Shown: piece after piece, positions 36,521 to 51,712 of the stretch | Numbering within the stretch: position 1 is the first letter of the stretch | Layout of the letters: each line of letters starts with the position of its first letter | Origin: Burkholderiales bacterium | Lineage (GTDB): Bacteria; Pseudomonadota; Gammaproteobacteria; Burkholderiales; Burkholderiaceae_D | DNA length: 64,000 nucleotides | Direction of reading: 5' to 3' | Assembly: GCA_038248405.1 (NCBI GenBank) | Contig: JBBRXM010000020.1 | Location: forward strand, 136-64,135 | Notes under the pieces: model-generated | The model's database searches: none | The model's input: only the letters and a program-made list of their open reading frames with translations | Told to the model about the DNA's origin: nothing | Position numbers and translations under genes: made by a program

Positions 36521-38058
36521 CAGTATTGCTCCACTGTTCCAGTCAACGATTGCTCCGGCACGATGCCGGCGAATTCGGCGTAGAGGTGAAGCGAGGTAGC
36601 CGGGACAGTCATGAAAAACCGGCCAACGGCGAGCACGGTTGCGGGCACCCCGCTGCCTGTTACTGGGCACGACAGCAGCGGGATGTTCAGCACCCGGCGC
36701 TGCTCTTTGGAGATCGCCAGATTAGCGATCGCGGGGCGACCATAATAAGTCCCGCTAATCGCCAGGTAGGGAATGGTGCCCGATGGATTCGTCGGGGCGT
36801 TAGGGTACAGGTGAGGCCAGTCCGCGGCGGTGAAAAAAGTCTCCCCGGTGGCCGGTACTGCAGCCGAATACTTTGCTGCCTTTGCATATGACCACAAGGG
36901 GCCATAGTTCGCACTCAGGCCCGCAGGGGTAGGATCGGGGTAGTCCAGAATCGTTTCGAGTTTGTTCGATCGGACGTTGGCCGGCGCCTGAGGGTTGTGG
37001 GGGGTGTCGGTCGTAAGCGCTGCTGCCTGCAGGACTGGGCTGGGCGACATCCAGCCGACGCTTGGGGCATCGGCGACGTCGTACGGCTTGACGTTATAGT
37101 CGGGAGGCGCACCATTCGGACTGCAGGGAGCATTCTGGAATTTGTCGAAGCGCGAGTTAAGTTGGGTGAACAACTCGGGCAGCGGGAAATCCTCCTTGAC
37201 CCGGATCTCCCCCCCTGTGACCCTCGGCATCCACAAATTGCCCGCACACACAAAGGGGGCCACCCGAGCTGTCGAGGTATTCGCCGACAAACCGGAGCCT
37301 CCAGGCTGGAATGCGGGATCCACCACATAGGTCTTGCCGGTGGTCCCATTTGGATTCAGGTTCATCAAGTCATACCCGACGCCGCGCCGGAATCCGTACT
37401 CGACCAGTTCCGGAACGAGCACGCCATCGTTCGTGCGCGGGGCGCGGGGAGTGGGCGACATCGCGCAAATTGCCAGCGGGGTCACGTTGATGGAAGTGCG
37501 GCCGGCGACGGCGCGATCTGAAACGGTCGCCGCCGTGGATGAATTCGGCAGCGTCCCGAGCAAAGGCGTGCTGACAGTACCGACTCCCGATCCCAACAAG
37601 GCACCCGCAGTGACGGCAACGTAATAGAGTCCGTCCGGTGCTGAACTTGCCGTTGCTGCATCGACCCATGCGGCACCCGAGGGTGCAGTGCTAAACGCGA
37701 TTGCGTCGTTGGACCAGGGCACCGAAACACCGTATTGATAATTGAAAACCGTTGCAGTCGCTTCGGCCTTGGCCAGGGCCGCTTGTATGCCCGCTTGCGT
37801 ACCGTTTAACTCCCGCGCAGCTGCAAATGCCGCCGCCTTCGCCACTCCGCTGAGCTCAACTTTACGGTTGTACACTAGCGCGAGTTCGACTGCCAGGGCG
37901 GAAAAGCCGAGCATCGCGATCAGCAGTGCCGCGAAGTTCAGCGCGAAGACGCCGTGTTCACGCTTTGCTTCCCGGTGCGCTGCCCCGCGCCGCGTGCCGA
38001 CCGGTGCGTGATTTTTGCGGCTGAGGCCAAGTGCCGGTAAATCATTCGCCGATATCAT
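36520..38058 (-). CDS. TadG-like Flp pilus assembly/adhesin protein
   Basis: REHG|VFALNFAALLIAMLGFSALAVELA...ELSGVAKAAAFAAAREL is a TadG-type N-terminus. SD GGAG precedes the ATG at 38058. Confidence 0.78.
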   Translation of the reverse strand: MISANDLPALGLSRKNHAPVGTRRGAAHREAKREHGVFALNFAALLIAMLGFSALAVELALVYNRKVELSGVAKAAAFAAARELNGTQAGIQAALAKAEATATVFNYQYGVSVPWSNDAIAFSTAPSGAAWVDAATASSAPDGLYYVAVTAGALLGSGVGTVSTPLLGTLPNSSTAATVSDRAVAGRTSINVTPLAICAMSPTPRAPRTNDGVLVPELVEYGFRRGVGYDLMNLNPNGTTGKTYVVDPAFQPGGSGLSANTSTARVAPFVCAGNLWMPRVTGGEIRVKEDFPLPELFTQLNSRFDKFQNAPCSPNGAPPDYNVKPYDVADAPSVGWMSPSPVLQAAALTTDTPHNPQAPANVRSNKLETILDYPDPTPAGLSANYGPLWSYAKAAKYSAAVPATGETFFTAADWPHLYPNAPTNPSGTIPYLAISGTYYGRPAIANLAISKEQRRVLNIPLLSCPVTGSGVPATVLAVGRFFMTVPATSLHLYAEFAGIVPEQSLTGTVEQY

Positions 38059-38262
38059 GCGCTTCTCCAAGTGGCAACGCGGCCCGCTGGCGGTCCCGCA
38101 ATTACGATCCATCAGGAAACGATTTTATCTAGGCAATCCGTCTTCCACTTGACTAACAACAACAAACCCAAAATCCCGTCGCCCGCGCTCCGCCGCAAAG
38201 AGCAGCGGGCAAGGCGGTTCCCTTTCGGTTGACGCTGCGAGCCATAAGTTTTGCAGAGGCGA

Positions 38263-38292
38263 AAAAAAAGCTCCCACGAGGGGAACTTTTTT
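38263..38292 (-). terminator. Terminator downstream of tRNA-Ser
   Basis: AAAAAAGCTCCC-ACGA-GGGAACTTTTTT, a one-mismatch stem with a U-tract on the minus strand. Confidence 0.6.
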
Positions 38293-38297
38293 CCTAC

Positions 38298-38391
<94 letters not shown>

Positions 38392-38544
38392 AGGTGTTTC
38401 ATTTGACTCTTGGCCAGTCGATTAGCACAAGGGTGACCTTCAAATTCTGTTCGCTTGCTGCTGCGAGGACAAGATTATAGCAAAGCCTGACGGAAACGGA
38501 AGAGGGAAATTGCAAAATCTTTGAAAATCTTGCCCTGCCCCAAA

Positions 38545-40174
<1,630 letters not shown>

Positions 40175-40552
40175 GATGCTCTCCGGTGGGTGAAGTGGTT
40201 TGGTATGGTTGAACTTTAACCACTCGCCCTCCACTTCTCCAGCGGCTTGCGACGAAGCGTGAAAAATGCGGGACAGGCCGCCGAAAAGGCGGAATGGAAG
40301 CGTGTTAGGGGATGTTGGGAGGTCGAAGCGCACAATCGCGTGCATATGCCACGCGATTTTGGCTCACGCTGAGCGAGTTGGCGGGTGCTGTCAGCTCAGT
40401 ATGGATCGCCGCTTTCGCGAGGATGAAGTTGATTAATGAATGACGGTTTCCTACGTTGCGATTTCTGCGAAGGCCCGTGGCGATACCTTGGTTTGACCCC
40501 GGTTTATGCAGGCGCATGACTAAACCAGCGCGACGCCACGGCCAACTCGACC

Positions 40553-40592
40553 GGGGTCAGACCCCATGCAAGCAACACCGGGGTCTGACCCC
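40553..40592. repeat. REP-like doublet GGGGTCAGACCCC...AACACC-GGGGTCTGACCCC
   Basis: Units at 40553-40565 and 40580-40592, abutting the rarA stop codon. Confidence 0.8.
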
Positions 40593-41893
40593 TAGCCGGC
40601 GGCGTCGCGGTCCAGGCTGCGCAACCAGGCGAGCTTCTCTGCGATCTTGGCTTCGATGCCGCGCGGGACCGGCTCGTACCAGCCGGGCTCGGCCATGCCT
40701 TCGGGAAGGTAGGTTTCACCGGCGGCATAGGCATTCGGCTCGTCGTGGGCGTAGCGGTACTCGTGGCCGTAGCCGAGTTCCTTCATCAGCTTGGTTGGAG
40801 CATTGCGCAAGTGCACCGGCACTTCGCGCGATTTGTCCTTTTTGACGAACGCCACCGCGCGGTTGTAGGCGTTGTAGCCGGCGTTGCTCTTGGCGGCAAT
40901 CGCCAGGTAGATGACCGCCTGCCCTAAGGCCAGCTCGCCTTCCGGCGAACCGAGCCGCTCGTAGGTGGCGGCGGCGTCGTTGGCGATCTGGATCGCGCGC
41001 GGGTCGGCGATGCCGATGTCTTCCCACGCCATGCGCACGATGCGGCGCAGCAGGTATTGGGGATCGGCGCCGCCGTCGAGCATGCGGCACAGCCAGTACA
41101 GCGCGGCGTCCGGATGCGAGCCGCGCACGGACTTGTGCAGCGCCGAGATCTGGTCGTAGAAGTTGTCGCCGCCCTTGTCGAAGCGGCGCGAATTGAGCGT
41201 CAGCGCGTTGTCGACGAATTCGCCGGTGATGTGCGTGATGTTCGACGTCTCGGCCGATGTCTTGGTCTGCTCGAGCAGGTTAAGGAAGCGGCGGGCGTCG
41301 CCGTCCGCATAGCCGATCAGGGTGGCGATGGCGACGTCGTCGAAGGTCAGGTGCTTGAGCACGCGTTCTTGGGCGCGCGCCAGCAGCTGCAGCAGTTCGG
41401 CGTCGCTCAAGGCCTTGAGCACGTACACCTGCGAGCGCGACAGCAACGCCGAATTGACCTCGAACGAGGGGTTTTCGGTCGTGGCGCCGATCAGCGTGAC
41501 CAGGCCCGATTCGACGAACGGCAACAAGGCGTCCTGCTGTGACTTGTTGAAGCGGTGGATCTCGTCGATGAAGAGGATGGTGTGCTTGCCGGCGGCAAGG
41601 AAATGCTCGGCCTGCTCGATCGATGCGCGGATGTCCTTCACGCCCGACAGCACCGCCGACAGCGCGATGAACTCGCAATCGAAGGCGTAGGCGGTCAGGC
41701 GCGCCAGCGTGGTCTTGCCGACGCCCGGCGGACCCCACAGGATCATCGAATGCGGCTTGCCGGACTTGAAGACCAGGTTGAGCGGCTTGCCGGGGCCGAG
41801 CAGGTGGCTCTGGCCGATCACTTCTTCGATCGTGCGCGGGCGCAGCGCCTCGGCCAGGGGCGCGGCGGGCTCGTTCTTGAACAGGTCATCCAT
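40592..41893 (-). CDS. rarA: Replication-associated recombination protein A (AAA+ ATPase)
   Basis: PLAEALRP, Walker [24 protein letters not shown] and YRYAHDEP. Confidence 0.96.
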   Translation of the reverse strand: MDDLFKNEPAAPLAEALRPRTIEEVIGQSHLLGPGKPLNLVFKSGKPHSMILWGPPGVGKTTLARLTAYAFDCEFIALSAVLSGVKDIRASIEQAEHFLAAGKHTILFIDEIHRFNKSQQDALLPFVESGLVTLIGATTENPSFEVNSALLSRSQVYVLKALSDAELLQLLARAQERVLKHLTFDDVAIATLIGYADGDARRFLNLLEQTKTSAETSNITHITGEFVDNALTLNSRRFDKGGDNFYDQISALHKSVRGSHPDAALYWLCRMLDGGADPQYLLRRIVRMAWEDIGIADPRAIQIANDAAATYERLGSPEGELALGQAVIYLAIAAKSNAGYNAYNRAVAFVKKDKSREVPVHLRNAPTKLMKELGYGHEYRYAHDEPNAYAAGETYLPEGMAEPGWYEPVPRGIEAKIAEKLAWLRSLDRDAAG

Positions 41894-42128
41894 GCGGTCT
41901 TCTCCGCGAACAGGGGCGCACTGGCGCAGGGCTGGATAAACGTACTGGTGTCATAGGGGGAGTGGCGGTTAGGCGATTGCCCCTAGTTTAACGGATGAGC
42001 GACGGCTACGTTGATGTAAGACCGGCAATCGGGCGCGGCGTTCCCGCCAGTGTGCTGCACGATTTCTGCGCGGCCCGCGGGACGTATCGATCACTGCGCC
42101 GGCGGCGTCTGCCGCCTCCATCGCCCAA

Positions 42129-42758
42129 TCAGTTGTTGAAAACGTCGGCGCCCTTCGGCATGACGAACTTGAACTGCTGCGCCGTCAACGGTGGATTCTT
42201 CTCGAATTTCTTGAACAGCAGCACCGAGGTCTGACCGAACGCGTCGTGCAGCTCCATCGATTCAGGCGTGCCGTTGCGCAGGCCGATGCTGATCTTCTCG
42301 AACGTGCTGTCCTTGGTCTTCGGCACCGCGTTCAGCCACTCGAGGCCGTTGCGGCTGCCCGCTTCCGACAGCGTGAAGTTCTTTTCCAGGTCGTTGCTGC
42401 CGAACAGGATCGCGGCCGGCGACGAACCGAGCGCGTTGCCCAGCTTTTTCACCGTGACCTGGTTCAGGTCCTTGTCGTAGATGTACAGCTGGTCGCCGTC
42501 GGCCTGCAGCAGCTGCTCGTAGGGCTTGGTGTAGGTCCAGATGAACTTGCCGGGACGGGCGAACACGAAGGTGCCCGACGACAGCGGCGCGACCTTGCTG
42601 CCCTCGGATTTTTTCTGCTGCTGCTGGGTAAATTCGCCGCGCGCGGCCTTGGTGCCGGCGACGAACGCCTTGAACTGGTCCAGCGCACTGGCGCCGGCGG
42701 CGCCGCTCATGGCGAGCACGCCCGCCACCATCAACAGCTTGATCTTCTTGATACTCAT
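42129..42758 (-). CDS. lolA: Outer-membrane lipoprotein carrier LolA
   Basis: Signal peptide, [20 protein letters not shown] and SSPAAIL. It lies in ftsK-lolA-rarA synteny. Confidence 0.95.
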   Translation of the reverse strand: MSIKKIKLLMVAGVLAMSGAAGASALDQFKAFVAGTKAARGEFTQQQQKKSEGSKVAPLSSGTFVFARPGKFIWTYTKPYEQLLQADGDQLYIYDKDLNQVTVKKLGNALGSSPAAILFGSNDLEKNFTLSEAGSRNGLEWLNAVPKTKDSTFEKISIGLRNGTPESMELHDAFGQTSVLLFKKFEKNPPLTAQQFKFVMPKGADVFNN

Positions 42759-42773
42759 CGATTTCCTTGTATT

Positions 42774-45128
42774 TTATTCGGCGCTGGCGGCCGGCACCAG
42801 GATGTCCCGGTTGCCGTTCGACTGCATGGCCGACACCACGCCGCTGTTTTCCATCTGTTCGAGCAGGCGCGCAGCGCGGTTGTAGCCGATCCGCAGGTGT
42901 CGCTGCACCAGCGAGATCGAGGCGCGCCGGTTTTTCAGCACCACCTGGACCGCCTGGTCGTACAGCGCATCGGCCTCGCCGCCGCCCTCGCCCGCCGGCG
43001 CCCCATCGGCGCCGCCTTCACCCTCGAGCGTACCGCCTTCGAGAATGCCTTCAATGTAGTTCGGTTCGCCCAGCGTTTGTAAATGTTTTACAACTCGATG
43101 CACTTCTTCGTCCGACACGAAGGCGCCGTGGACGCGCACCGGCAGTCCGGTGCCGGGCGGCATGTACAGCATGTCGCCCATGCCGAGCAGCGCTTCGGCG
43201 CCCATCTGGTCGAGAATGGTGCGCGAGTCGATCTTCGACGACACCTGAAAAGCGATGCGGGTCGGGATGTTCGCCTTGATCAGGCCGGTGATGACGTCGA
43301 CCGACGGGCGCTGCGTCGCCAGGATCAGGTGCAGGCCGGCCGCGCGCGCCTTCTGCGCGATACGGGCGATCAGCTCCTCGACCTTCTTGCCGACGACCAT
43401 CATCAGGTCGGCCAGCTCGTCGATGATGATGACGATGGTGGGCAGCTTTTCCAGCGGCTCCGGCGAATCCGGCGTCAGCGAGAACGGGTTCGGGATGTGC
43501 TCCTCGCGCTTGGCCGCCTCGGCGATCTTGGTGTTGTAGCCGGCCAGGTTACGCACGCCCAATTTGCTCATCAGCTTGTAGCGGCGCTCCATCTCGTTGA
43601 CCGCCCAGTTGAGGGCATGGCCGGCCTGGCGCATGTCGGTCACCACGGGCGCGAGCAGGTGCGGGATGCCTTCGTAGACGGACATTTCCAGCATCTTCGG
43701 GTCGATCAGGATCAGGCGCACGTCGGCCGGGTCGGATTTATACAGCAGCGACAGGATGGTCGCATTGATGCCCACCGATTTACCGGAACCGGTGGTGCCG
43801 GCCACCAGCAGGTGCGGCATCTTGGCCAGGTCGGCGATCACCGGCTTGCCGGCGATGTCCTTGCCGAGCGCAATGGTGAGCGACGACGGGCTGTCGTTGT
43901 AGATCTTCGAGCCGACGATTTCGGTCAGGCGCACGATCTGGCGCTTGGCGTTGGGCAGCTCGAGCGCCATGTAGTTCTTGCCGGGGATGGTTTCCACCAC
44001 CCGCAGGGAGGTCAGCGACAGCGAACGGGCCAGGTCGCGCGCCAGGCCGACGATCTGGCTGCCCTTGACGCCGGTGGCCGGCTCGATCTCGTAGCGGGTG
44101 ACGACCGGCCCCGGGAAGGCGGCCACGACCTTGGCGTCGACGCCGAAGTCGGACAGCTTCTTCTCGATCAGGCGGCTGGTAAATTCCAGCGTCTCGACCG
44201 ACACGGTTTCCTGGTATTCGGCCGCTTCGTCGAGCAGCGACAGCGGCGGCAATTGCGAATCGCCCGGCAGGTCGCGGAACAGCGGCGCCTGCTTTTCCTT
44301 TTCCACCCGCTCGGACTTGACGATGACGGGGGCGACCTGCGGCTCGATCCTCACCGGCGGCGCGGCGACGTGCTTTTCGACGTGCTTGGCCCGTTCGATC
44401 ACCACCACCTCGTCGCGCTTGACGGCGGCCACTTCGCCCTGCTTGCGGTCCTCGCGGTCCTGGTAGCGCAGGCGGAACCAGTCGATCGTCATCTCGATGT
44501 ATTCGCCGATGCGTTCGGCCACGGCCAGCCAGGAGATATGGAAGAACAGCGACAGACCGACGCCGAACAGCAGCAGCAGCAACAAGGTGGCGCCGGTGAA
44601 GCCGAATGCCAGCGCGCCCTGGCCGATCAGCTGGCCGAGCACGCCGCCCGGTGCGCGCGGCAGCTCGACGCGCAACGTGTACATACGCAGGTATTCGAGG
44701 CCCAGGCTGCCGGCGAACAGCAGCACGAAGCCGATCCAGCGGATCACGGCCTCATGCTGGTGCTCGGGATCGAACTGGGCTTCCATGACGAATTTCTGGG
44801 TCAGCTGGCGGTAATCGCGCCACACCAGGCGCATGAAGCAGATGCACCACCACCATGCGGAAAAGCCGAAGATGAACAGCATCAGGTCGGCCAGCCAGGC
44901 GCCGGCGCGCCCGCCCATGTTGGCCACTTTGGGCACGACAACGTCGTGCGACCAGCCGGGGTCGCCCTTGTGGTACGAGAGCAGGATGATGACCAGGTAC
45001 AGGCACAGCATGGCCAGCGCAAACCAGCGCGCCTCGGACAGCAGGCGCACCAGGCGGTTCGGCAAGGGTTGCCGGGTCGTGGGGTTGCGGGTGTAGCTGG
45101 AGTTGGTGGGTTGGCTAGTCTTTGTCAT
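42774..45128 (-). CDS. ftsK: DNA translocase FtsK
   Basis: 4TM N-terminus, GPVVTRYE, Walker [27 protein letters not shown] and gamma domain [17 protein letters not shown]. Confidence 0.97.
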   Translation of the reverse strand: MTKTSQPTNSSYTRNPTTRQPLPNRLVRLLSEARWFALAMLCLYLVIILLSYHKGDPGWSHDVVVPKVANMGGRAGAWLADLMLFIFGFSAWWWCICFMRLVWRDYRQLTQKFVMEAQFDPEHQHEAVIRWIGFVLLFAGSLGLEYLRMYTLRVELPRAPGGVLGQLIGQGALAFGFTGATLLLLLLFGVGLSLFFHISWLAVAERIGEYIEMTIDWFRLRYQDREDRKQGEVAAVKRDEVVVIERAKHVEKHVAAPPVRIEPQVAPVIVKSERVEKEKQAPLFRDLPGDSQLPPLSLLDEAAEYQETVSVETLEFTSRLIEKKLSDFGVDAKVVAAFPGPVVTRYEIEPATGVKGSQIVGLARDLARSLSLTSLRVVETIPGKNYMALELPNAKRQIVRLTEIVGSKIYNDSPSSLTIALGKDIAGKPVIADLAKMPHLLVAGTTGSGKSVGINATILSLLYKSDPADVRLILIDPKMLEMSVYEGIPHLLAPVVTDMRQAGHALNWAVNEMERRYKLMSKLGVRNLAGYNTKIAEAAKREEHIPNPFSLTPDSPEPLEKLPTIVIIIDELADLMMVVGKKVEELIARIAQKARAAGLHLILATQRPSVDVITGLIKANIPTRIAFQVSSKIDSRTILDQMGAEALLGMGDMLYMPPGTGLPVRVHGAFVSDEEVHRVVKHLQTLGEPNYIEGILEGGTLEGEGGADGAPAGEGGGEADALYDQAVQVVLKNRRASISLVQRHLRIGYNRAARLLEQMENSGVVSAMQSNGNRDILVPAASAE

Positions 45129-45243
45129 ACTTGTTGCTGAGTTTTCGTGCCGAAAATACGATGCGCCCATTCTAAGCCATATATTGTTCGGCTGGCCCAT
45201 CATTCATGCTTGCCCGCATCATCGTTCGCGGCATCGTCTATAA

Positions 45244-46278
<1,035 letters not shown>

Positions 46279-46286
46279 GGATCGCG

Positions 46287-46949
46287 ATGGCCGGACTGAA
46301 AGACTTCGCCGACCTGAAAGCCTTGCGCGAGACGCTCAAGGAACAGGAGCACGCGCGCGCGGTCGAAAAGGCCGAGCGTGAAAAGCGCGAGCGGGTGGCC
46401 AAGGAAGAGGCGAACGTGTTCCACGGCGCCATCAAGGACGTCAAGCCGATTCCGAAGTCGGACCGCTATGTGCCGCCGATGTCGCTGATCCCGGTGCGCG
46501 GCGTGGTGGCCAAGCCGCGCACGGTGGAGGAAGACAATGCCGCCGTCATGCGCGAATCGCTGTCGGACCAGTTCGACGTCGACGGCCTGCTCGACGACGA
46601 CCCGACGCTGAGCTATTCGGCGCCGGGCGTGGGCGGCGACGTCGTGCGCAAGCTGCGCAAGCGGCACTGGCCGGTGCAGGACGAGCTCGACCTGCACGGC
46701 ATGATGCGCGACACCGCGCGCGACCAGGTGGGCGACTTCCTGCGGCGCGCGCTCAAGCGCGGCCTGCGCTGCGTGCGCGTGATCCACGGCAAGGGCTACG
46801 GCTCGGTGGGCGGCGAGCCGGTGCTGCGCTCGATGGTGCACAGCTGGCTGGTGCAGACGGACGACGTGGTGGCGTTCTGCGTGGCCAACAAGAAAGATGG
46901 GGGGCATGGCGCATTGATCGTTTTGCTGAAGCCGGCGCTCGACCTCTAA
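46287..46949 (+). CDS. Smr/MutS2 domain endonuclease
   Basis: LDLHG, IHGKG and GGHGALIVLL Smr motifs. Confidence 0.9.
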   Translation: MAGLKDFADLKALRETLKEQEHARAVEKAEREKRERVAKEEANVFHGAIKDVKPIPKSDRYVPPMSLIPVRGVVAKPRTVEEDNAAVMRESLSDQFDVDGLLDDDPTLSYSAPGVGGDVVRKLRKRHWPVQDELDLHGMMRDTARDQVGDFLRRALKRGLRCVRVIHGKGYGSVGGEPVLRSMVHSWLVQTDDVVAFCVANKKDGGHGALIVLLKPALDL

Positions 46950-47123
46950 GTTAGCCGCAGAACCGTCGCGCCCGGGGTGCAGCCGCGTGGGCATTCACCT
47001 GAACCGCTCGCCTCCCCGCGGTCATCCTCGCGAAGCGGGGATGACGGCGGGGCACCCATGCGTTTTGCATGTTCCCCAGCCTACATGTTAGGCTGTTAAC
47101 CTTCCCCACCAGCAAACCGCCGC

Positions 47124-47729
47124 ATGACCCTCATCAAGTTTATCGAAATCATGGCGATCCTGGTGGGCGCGTTCTCCGGCTTCATCGAAGCGCGGCGCAA
47201 GCGCATGGACCTGGTGGGCGTGTTCACGGTCGCCTTCATCACCGCGTTCGGCGGCGGCACGCTGCGCGACATCCTGCTCGACCGCCGGCCGCTGTTCTGG
47301 GTCACGCACCAGGAATACGCGATCCTGATTTTCGTGCTCGCGCTGGTGGCCTCCCCGTTGATCCGCACGCTGCGCCAGATTGTGTCCGAGCGCCTGATTG
47401 TCATTGCCGACGCCATCGGCCTGGGGCTGTTCTCGATTGCCGGCGTGGCGGCGGCGCTGGATGCGCAAATGCCGCTCTTCATCGCATCGATGATGGGCGT
47501 GATCACGGGGATTTTTGGAGGCGTGCTGCGCGACATCGTCTGCAACGAAGTGCCGATGGTCTTCCGGGACGGCAAACCCTACGCGATTTGCGCCTTCCTC
47601 GGCAGCTGGATGTTCCTGCTGATGCGCATGTCCGAAATGCCGCACGACTTCGCGCTGTGGGCCAGCGCCATGTTCATCGTCGTGCTGCGGCTGGTGAGCT
47701 GGAAATTCGACATGCGCCTGGGCCGCTGA
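47124..47729 (+). CDS. TRIC/UPF0126 (YadS-like) membrane protein
   Basis: Duplicated motifs TAFGGGTLRDILL and TGIFGGVLRDIVC, about 7 TM segments. Confidence 0.88.
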   Translation: MTLIKFIEIMAILVGAFSGFIEARRKRMDLVGVFTVAFITAFGGGTLRDILLDRRPLFWVTHQEYAILIFVLALVASPLIRTLRQIVSERLIVIADAIGLGLFSIAGVAAALDAQMPLFIASMMGVITGIFGGVLRDIVCNEVPMVFRDGKPYAICAFLGSWMFLLMRMSEMPHDFALWASAMFIVVLRLVSWKFDMRLGR

Positions 47730-47733
47730 ATTT

Positions 47734-47797
47734 CTGGTGTCAGGTCTGACATTAAGACATTCGCGCGCTAATGACATAATGACAGACCTGACACCAG
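47734..47797. repeat. 64-bp imperfect inverted repeat with perfect 15-bp outer arms (CTGGTGTCAGGTCTG / CAGACCTGACACCAG)
   Basis: Read directly from the sequence, between the convergent TRIC and glnB genes. Confidence 0.75.
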
Positions 47798-47818
47798 CGT
47801 TTGACGTTACGCCTACCG

Positions 47819-48193
<375 letters not shown>

Positions 48194-48235
48194 TCATTCT
48201 AACCGATCGCCGTTGCCAATGATGCATGATTGGAA

Positions 48236-50305
48236 CTATCCGGCCTGATCCGGAATATTGGCCAGGTCAGCCATCCAGACCGTCGCCTCGCCGTCACTCG
48301 GCGCGCGCCAGTCGCCACGCGGCGACAGCGAGCCGCCGGTGCCGACCTTCGGCGAATTCGGCACGCACGAGCGCTTGAACTGGCTGGTCTTGAAGAACCG
48401 GTACAGGAAAATGCCAAGGTTGCGCTTGATCGCCGCCAGGTCGTACTCGTTGCGCTGCACGTGGGCGCCGTTCGGCCAGCGGCCGAGCTCGCGATCGCCC
48501 CACGCCGCCAGCGACAGGAACGCCACCTTCGACGGCGCAAAGCCGTAACGCAGCGTGTAATAGAGATTAAAGTCCTGCAGCTCGTACGGACCGATCACGT
48601 CCTGCGTCTTCTGCGCCGGCCCCGCACCCTCCTTGCCCTCCTTCTCCGGCACCAGCTCGGGACTGATCTCGGTGTCGAGGATGTTGACCAGCACCTGCGA
48701 GCCATTGGCGCCGCCGACCGCGTCGCTTTCGGCCACCCAGCGCACCAGGTGCGAGATCAGCGTCTTGGGTACGCTGGCGTTGACGTTGTAGTGCGACATA
48801 TGGTCGCCCACCCCATACGTGCACCAGCCCAGTGCCAGCTCGCTCAGGTCGCCCGTGCCGATGACGATGGCGCCATTCAGGTTCGCCAGCCGGAACAGGT
48901 GGCTGGTGCGCTCGCCGGCCTGCACATTTTCGAACGTGACGTCGTACACCTCGTCGCCGCCGGCGTAAGGATGGCCGATATCGGCCAGCATCTGGATGCA
49001 GCTTGGCCGGATATCGATCTCGGACGCGCTGCAGCCGATCACTTCCATCAGCTGGCGCGCCTGCGCTATGGTGCGCTCGCTCGTCGCAAAGCCAGGCATC
49101 GTGTAGGCGAGGATATTGGTGCGCGGCAGATTGAGCTTGTCCATCGCTCGCGCGCACACCAGCAGCGCATGGGTCGAATCGAGGCCGCCGGAGACGCCGA
49201 TGACGACCTTCTGCATGCCGCTCGACGCCAGCCGCTGCGCCAGCGCCTGCACCTGGATGTGATAGACCTCGGTGCAGCGCTCGTCGCGCCGCGCCGGATC
49301 GGACGGCACGTACGGAAAGCGCTCGACGTGACGCGCCAGCGGCAGCGCGCGGCCCAGCGGCAGCGCCACATCGATCGCCACCACCTCGAATTTGGCGACC
49401 TCGCCGGCGTGGCGCCGCACCGACTGCCCGTAGGTGGTCAGGCGCATGCGCTCGCGCGAGAGCCGTTCGAGGTCGACGTCGGCAAAGATCAGGTGCGAGT
49501 CGTCCAGGAAGCGCTCCGATTGCGCCAGCAGCTCGCCGTTTTCGTAGATCAGCGACTGGCCGTCCCACGCCATGTCGGTCGACGATTCGCCGGCCCCGGC
49601 GGAGCTGTACAGATAGGCCGCCACGCAGCGCGCCGACTGCTGCGACACCAGCTGATGGCGATAATTAGCCTTGCTCACCAGTGCGTTCGACGCCGACAGG
49701 TTCACCAGCACGGTGGCGCCGGCCAGCGCCGCAAACGACGATGGCGGAACCGGCACCCAGACGTCCTCGCACAGCTCGACGTGAAAGCGCAGCAGCGGCA
49801 GCGCGGCCAGCTCGAACAGCAGGTCCGTGCCGAAGCGCGCCGGCCGCCCGCACAGCGTCACCTCGCGGGCAGTGCCGCAATCGGCGGCGCTGAACTGGCG
49901 CGCCTCGTAGAATTCGCCGTAATTGGGCAGGAAGCTCTTCGGCACCACGCCGTGGATCTGCCCCGCCGCGACCACCACGGCGCAGTTGAACAGCAGATGT
50001 TCCGAGCGCACCGGCATGCCGACCACCATGACGATATCGAGCGCCTTCGACTCCTCGATCACCTGCACAAGCGCCGCCTCGCAGGCGTCGAGCAAGGCGC
50101 GCTGGTGGAACAGGTCGTCGCAGGTGTAGGCCGCCAGGCCCAGTTCGGGGAACGCCACCAGCACCGCACCCTGCGCCTGTGCCTGGCGCGCCAGCGCGAT
50201 CGTCTGCGCGGCGTTGAAGGCGGGATCGGCGACCCGGCAGCGCGGCGTGGCGACGGCGACGCGGGCGAAATCATGCGAGTACAGGTTGGAGAACAGCTTT
50301 TTCAT
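48236..50305 (-). CDS. nadE: Glutamine-dependent NAD+ synthetase
   Basis: Nitrilase domain ([19 protein letters not shown]) plus synthetase domain ([24 protein letters not shown]). Confidence 0.95.
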   Translation of the reverse strand: MKKLFSNLYSHDFARVAVATPRCRVADPAFNAAQTIALARQAQAQGAVLVAFPELGLAAYTCDDLFHQRALLDACEAALVQVIEESKALDIVMVVGMPVRSEHLLFNCAVVVAAGQIHGVVPKSFLPNYGEFYEARQFSAADCGTAREVTLCGRPARFGTDLLFELAALPLLRFHVELCEDVWVPVPPSSFAALAGATVLVNLSASNALVSKANYRHQLVSQQSARCVAAYLYSSAGAGESSTDMAWDGQSLIYENGELLAQSERFLDDSHLIFADVDLERLSRERMRLTTYGQSVRRHAGEVAKFEVVAIDVALPLGRALPLARHVERFPYVPSDPARRDERCTEVYHIQVQALAQRLASSGMQKVVIGVSGGLDSTHALLVCARAMDKLNLPRTNILAYTMPGFATSERTIAQARQLMEVIGCSASEIDIRPSCIQMLADIGHPYAGGDEVYDVTFENVQAGERTSHLFRLANLNGAIVIGTGDLSELALGWCTYGVGDHMSHYNVNASVPKTLISHLVRWVAESDAVGGANGSQVLVNILDTEISPELVPEKEGKEGAGPAQKTQDVIGPYELQDFNLYYTLRYGFAPSKVAFLSLAAWGDRELGRWPNGAHVQRNEYDLAAIKRNLGIFLYRFFKTSQFKRSCVPNSPKVGTGGSLSPRGDWRAPSDGEATVWMADLANIPDQAG

Positions 50306-50409
50306 CGGTGGTCGCTCGACCCGTGCCGCGCTGGAGCGGCCGGCGCCGGCTCGCGCCGTTTTGCGTAGAATGCAACGCGTGGCAGCAGATCTTCGGAGAA
50401 TTGTAGACA

Positions 50410-51540
50410 ATGAATTATCGCACGCATATCGTTTCATCCCTATCCGAGATCGGCCAGGGCGCGTGGGACCAGCTGGCCATGGCGCAGCCGCGCAGCAATC
50501 CCTTCCTGTCCTACGCCTTCCTGCACGCGCTGCACGAGTCCGGCAGCGCCAGCGTGGAGTCGGGCTGGCAGCCGCAGTTCATCGCGCTCTACGACGGCGA
50601 CACGCTGGCCGCCGCCATGCCGCTGTACGTCAAGGCGCACTCCTACGGCGAATACGTGTTCGACTGGGCCTGGGCCGACGCCTACGAGCGCAACGGCCTG
50701 GAATACTATCCGAAGCTGCTGTCGGCGATCCCGTTCACGCCGGTGACCGGCCCGCGCCTGCTGGCGGTCGACGAGCCGGCCCGCGCCGCGCTGCTGAAGG
50801 TGCTGCGCGCAACGCAAAAGGCGTCCGGCGTGTCGTCCACCCACATCCTGTATCCGCCGGCGGACCAGGTGCAGCAGCTGGCCGATGCCGGCTTCATGCT
50901 GCGCAGCGGCGTGCAGTTCCACTGGCTCAATGCCGGCTACAAGGATTTCGACGAGTTCCTGGCCACGCTGGAGCAGAAGAAGCGCAAGAACATCCGCGCC
51001 GAACGGCGCAAGGTGCGCGAGGCCGGCATCGACATGCGGCGGGTGCGCGGCGTCGACGCCACCGACGCCGACTGGCGCCTGTTCAACCGCTGCTACAAGC
51101 ACACCTACCACGCGCACCGCTCGACGCCCTACCTGAACCTGGATTTCTTCCAGCGCATCGGCCGCGACATGCCGCAGAACATCCTGCTGGTGATCGCCGA
51201 ACGCGACGGCAAGCCGATCGCGTCGTCGATGGTGATCCATTCGGAAGACACGCTGTTCGGCCGCTACTGGGGCGAGCTCGAGCACGTGCCCTGCCTGCAT
51301 TTCGAAACGGCTTACTACCAGCCGCTGGAGTTTTGCATCGAGCAAGGCATCGCCACCTTCGAAGGCGGCGCCCAGGGCGAGCACAAAATGGCGCGCGGCT
51401 TCCTGCCGACCAAGACCTGGTCGGCCCACTGGCTGGCGCACCCGGCGTTCGCCGACGCCATCGAGCGCTTCCTCGAGCGCGAGGCCGGCGGCATCGACAA
51501 CTACATCGACGAGCTGACCGACCGCAACCCGTTTCGCTAA
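50410..51540 (+). CDS. GNAT-fold protein, DUF482/FemAB-like peptidoglycan biosynthesis/recognition family
   Basis: [36 protein letters not shown] and [12 protein letters not shown]. Confidence 0.88.
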   Translation: MNYRTHIVSSLSEIGQGAWDQLAMAQPRSNPFLSYAFLHALHESGSASVESGWQPQFIALYDGDTLAAAMPLYVKAHSYGEYVFDWAWADAYERNGLEYYPKLLSAIPFTPVTGPRLLAVDEPARAALLKVLRATQKASGVSSTHILYPPADQVQQLADAGFMLRSGVQFHWLNAGYKDFDEFLATLEQKKRKNIRAERRKVREAGIDMRRVRGVDATDADWRLFNRCYKHTYHAHRSTPYLNLDFFQRIGRDMPQNILLVIAERDGKPIASSMVIHSEDTLFGRYWGELEHVPCLHFETAYYQPLEFCIEQGIATFEGGAQGEHKMARGFLPTKTWSAHWLAHPAFADAIERFLEREAGGIDNYIDELTDRNPFR

Positions 51541-51712
51541 CCGCCTGCCACCGACCGTGACATGGGTACCCGCCGCCGCGGGAACGACAGAATAGCGTAG
51601 CTATAAGGAAAACCGTTGCGCCTTCGCTACGGATGTGGCCGCACTGTCACATCTGCCAGTTCCGTCCGCCTGCCCCCTCTTCCCTGCGAAAACGCCCTCT
51701 GCAGGGTGCTGT

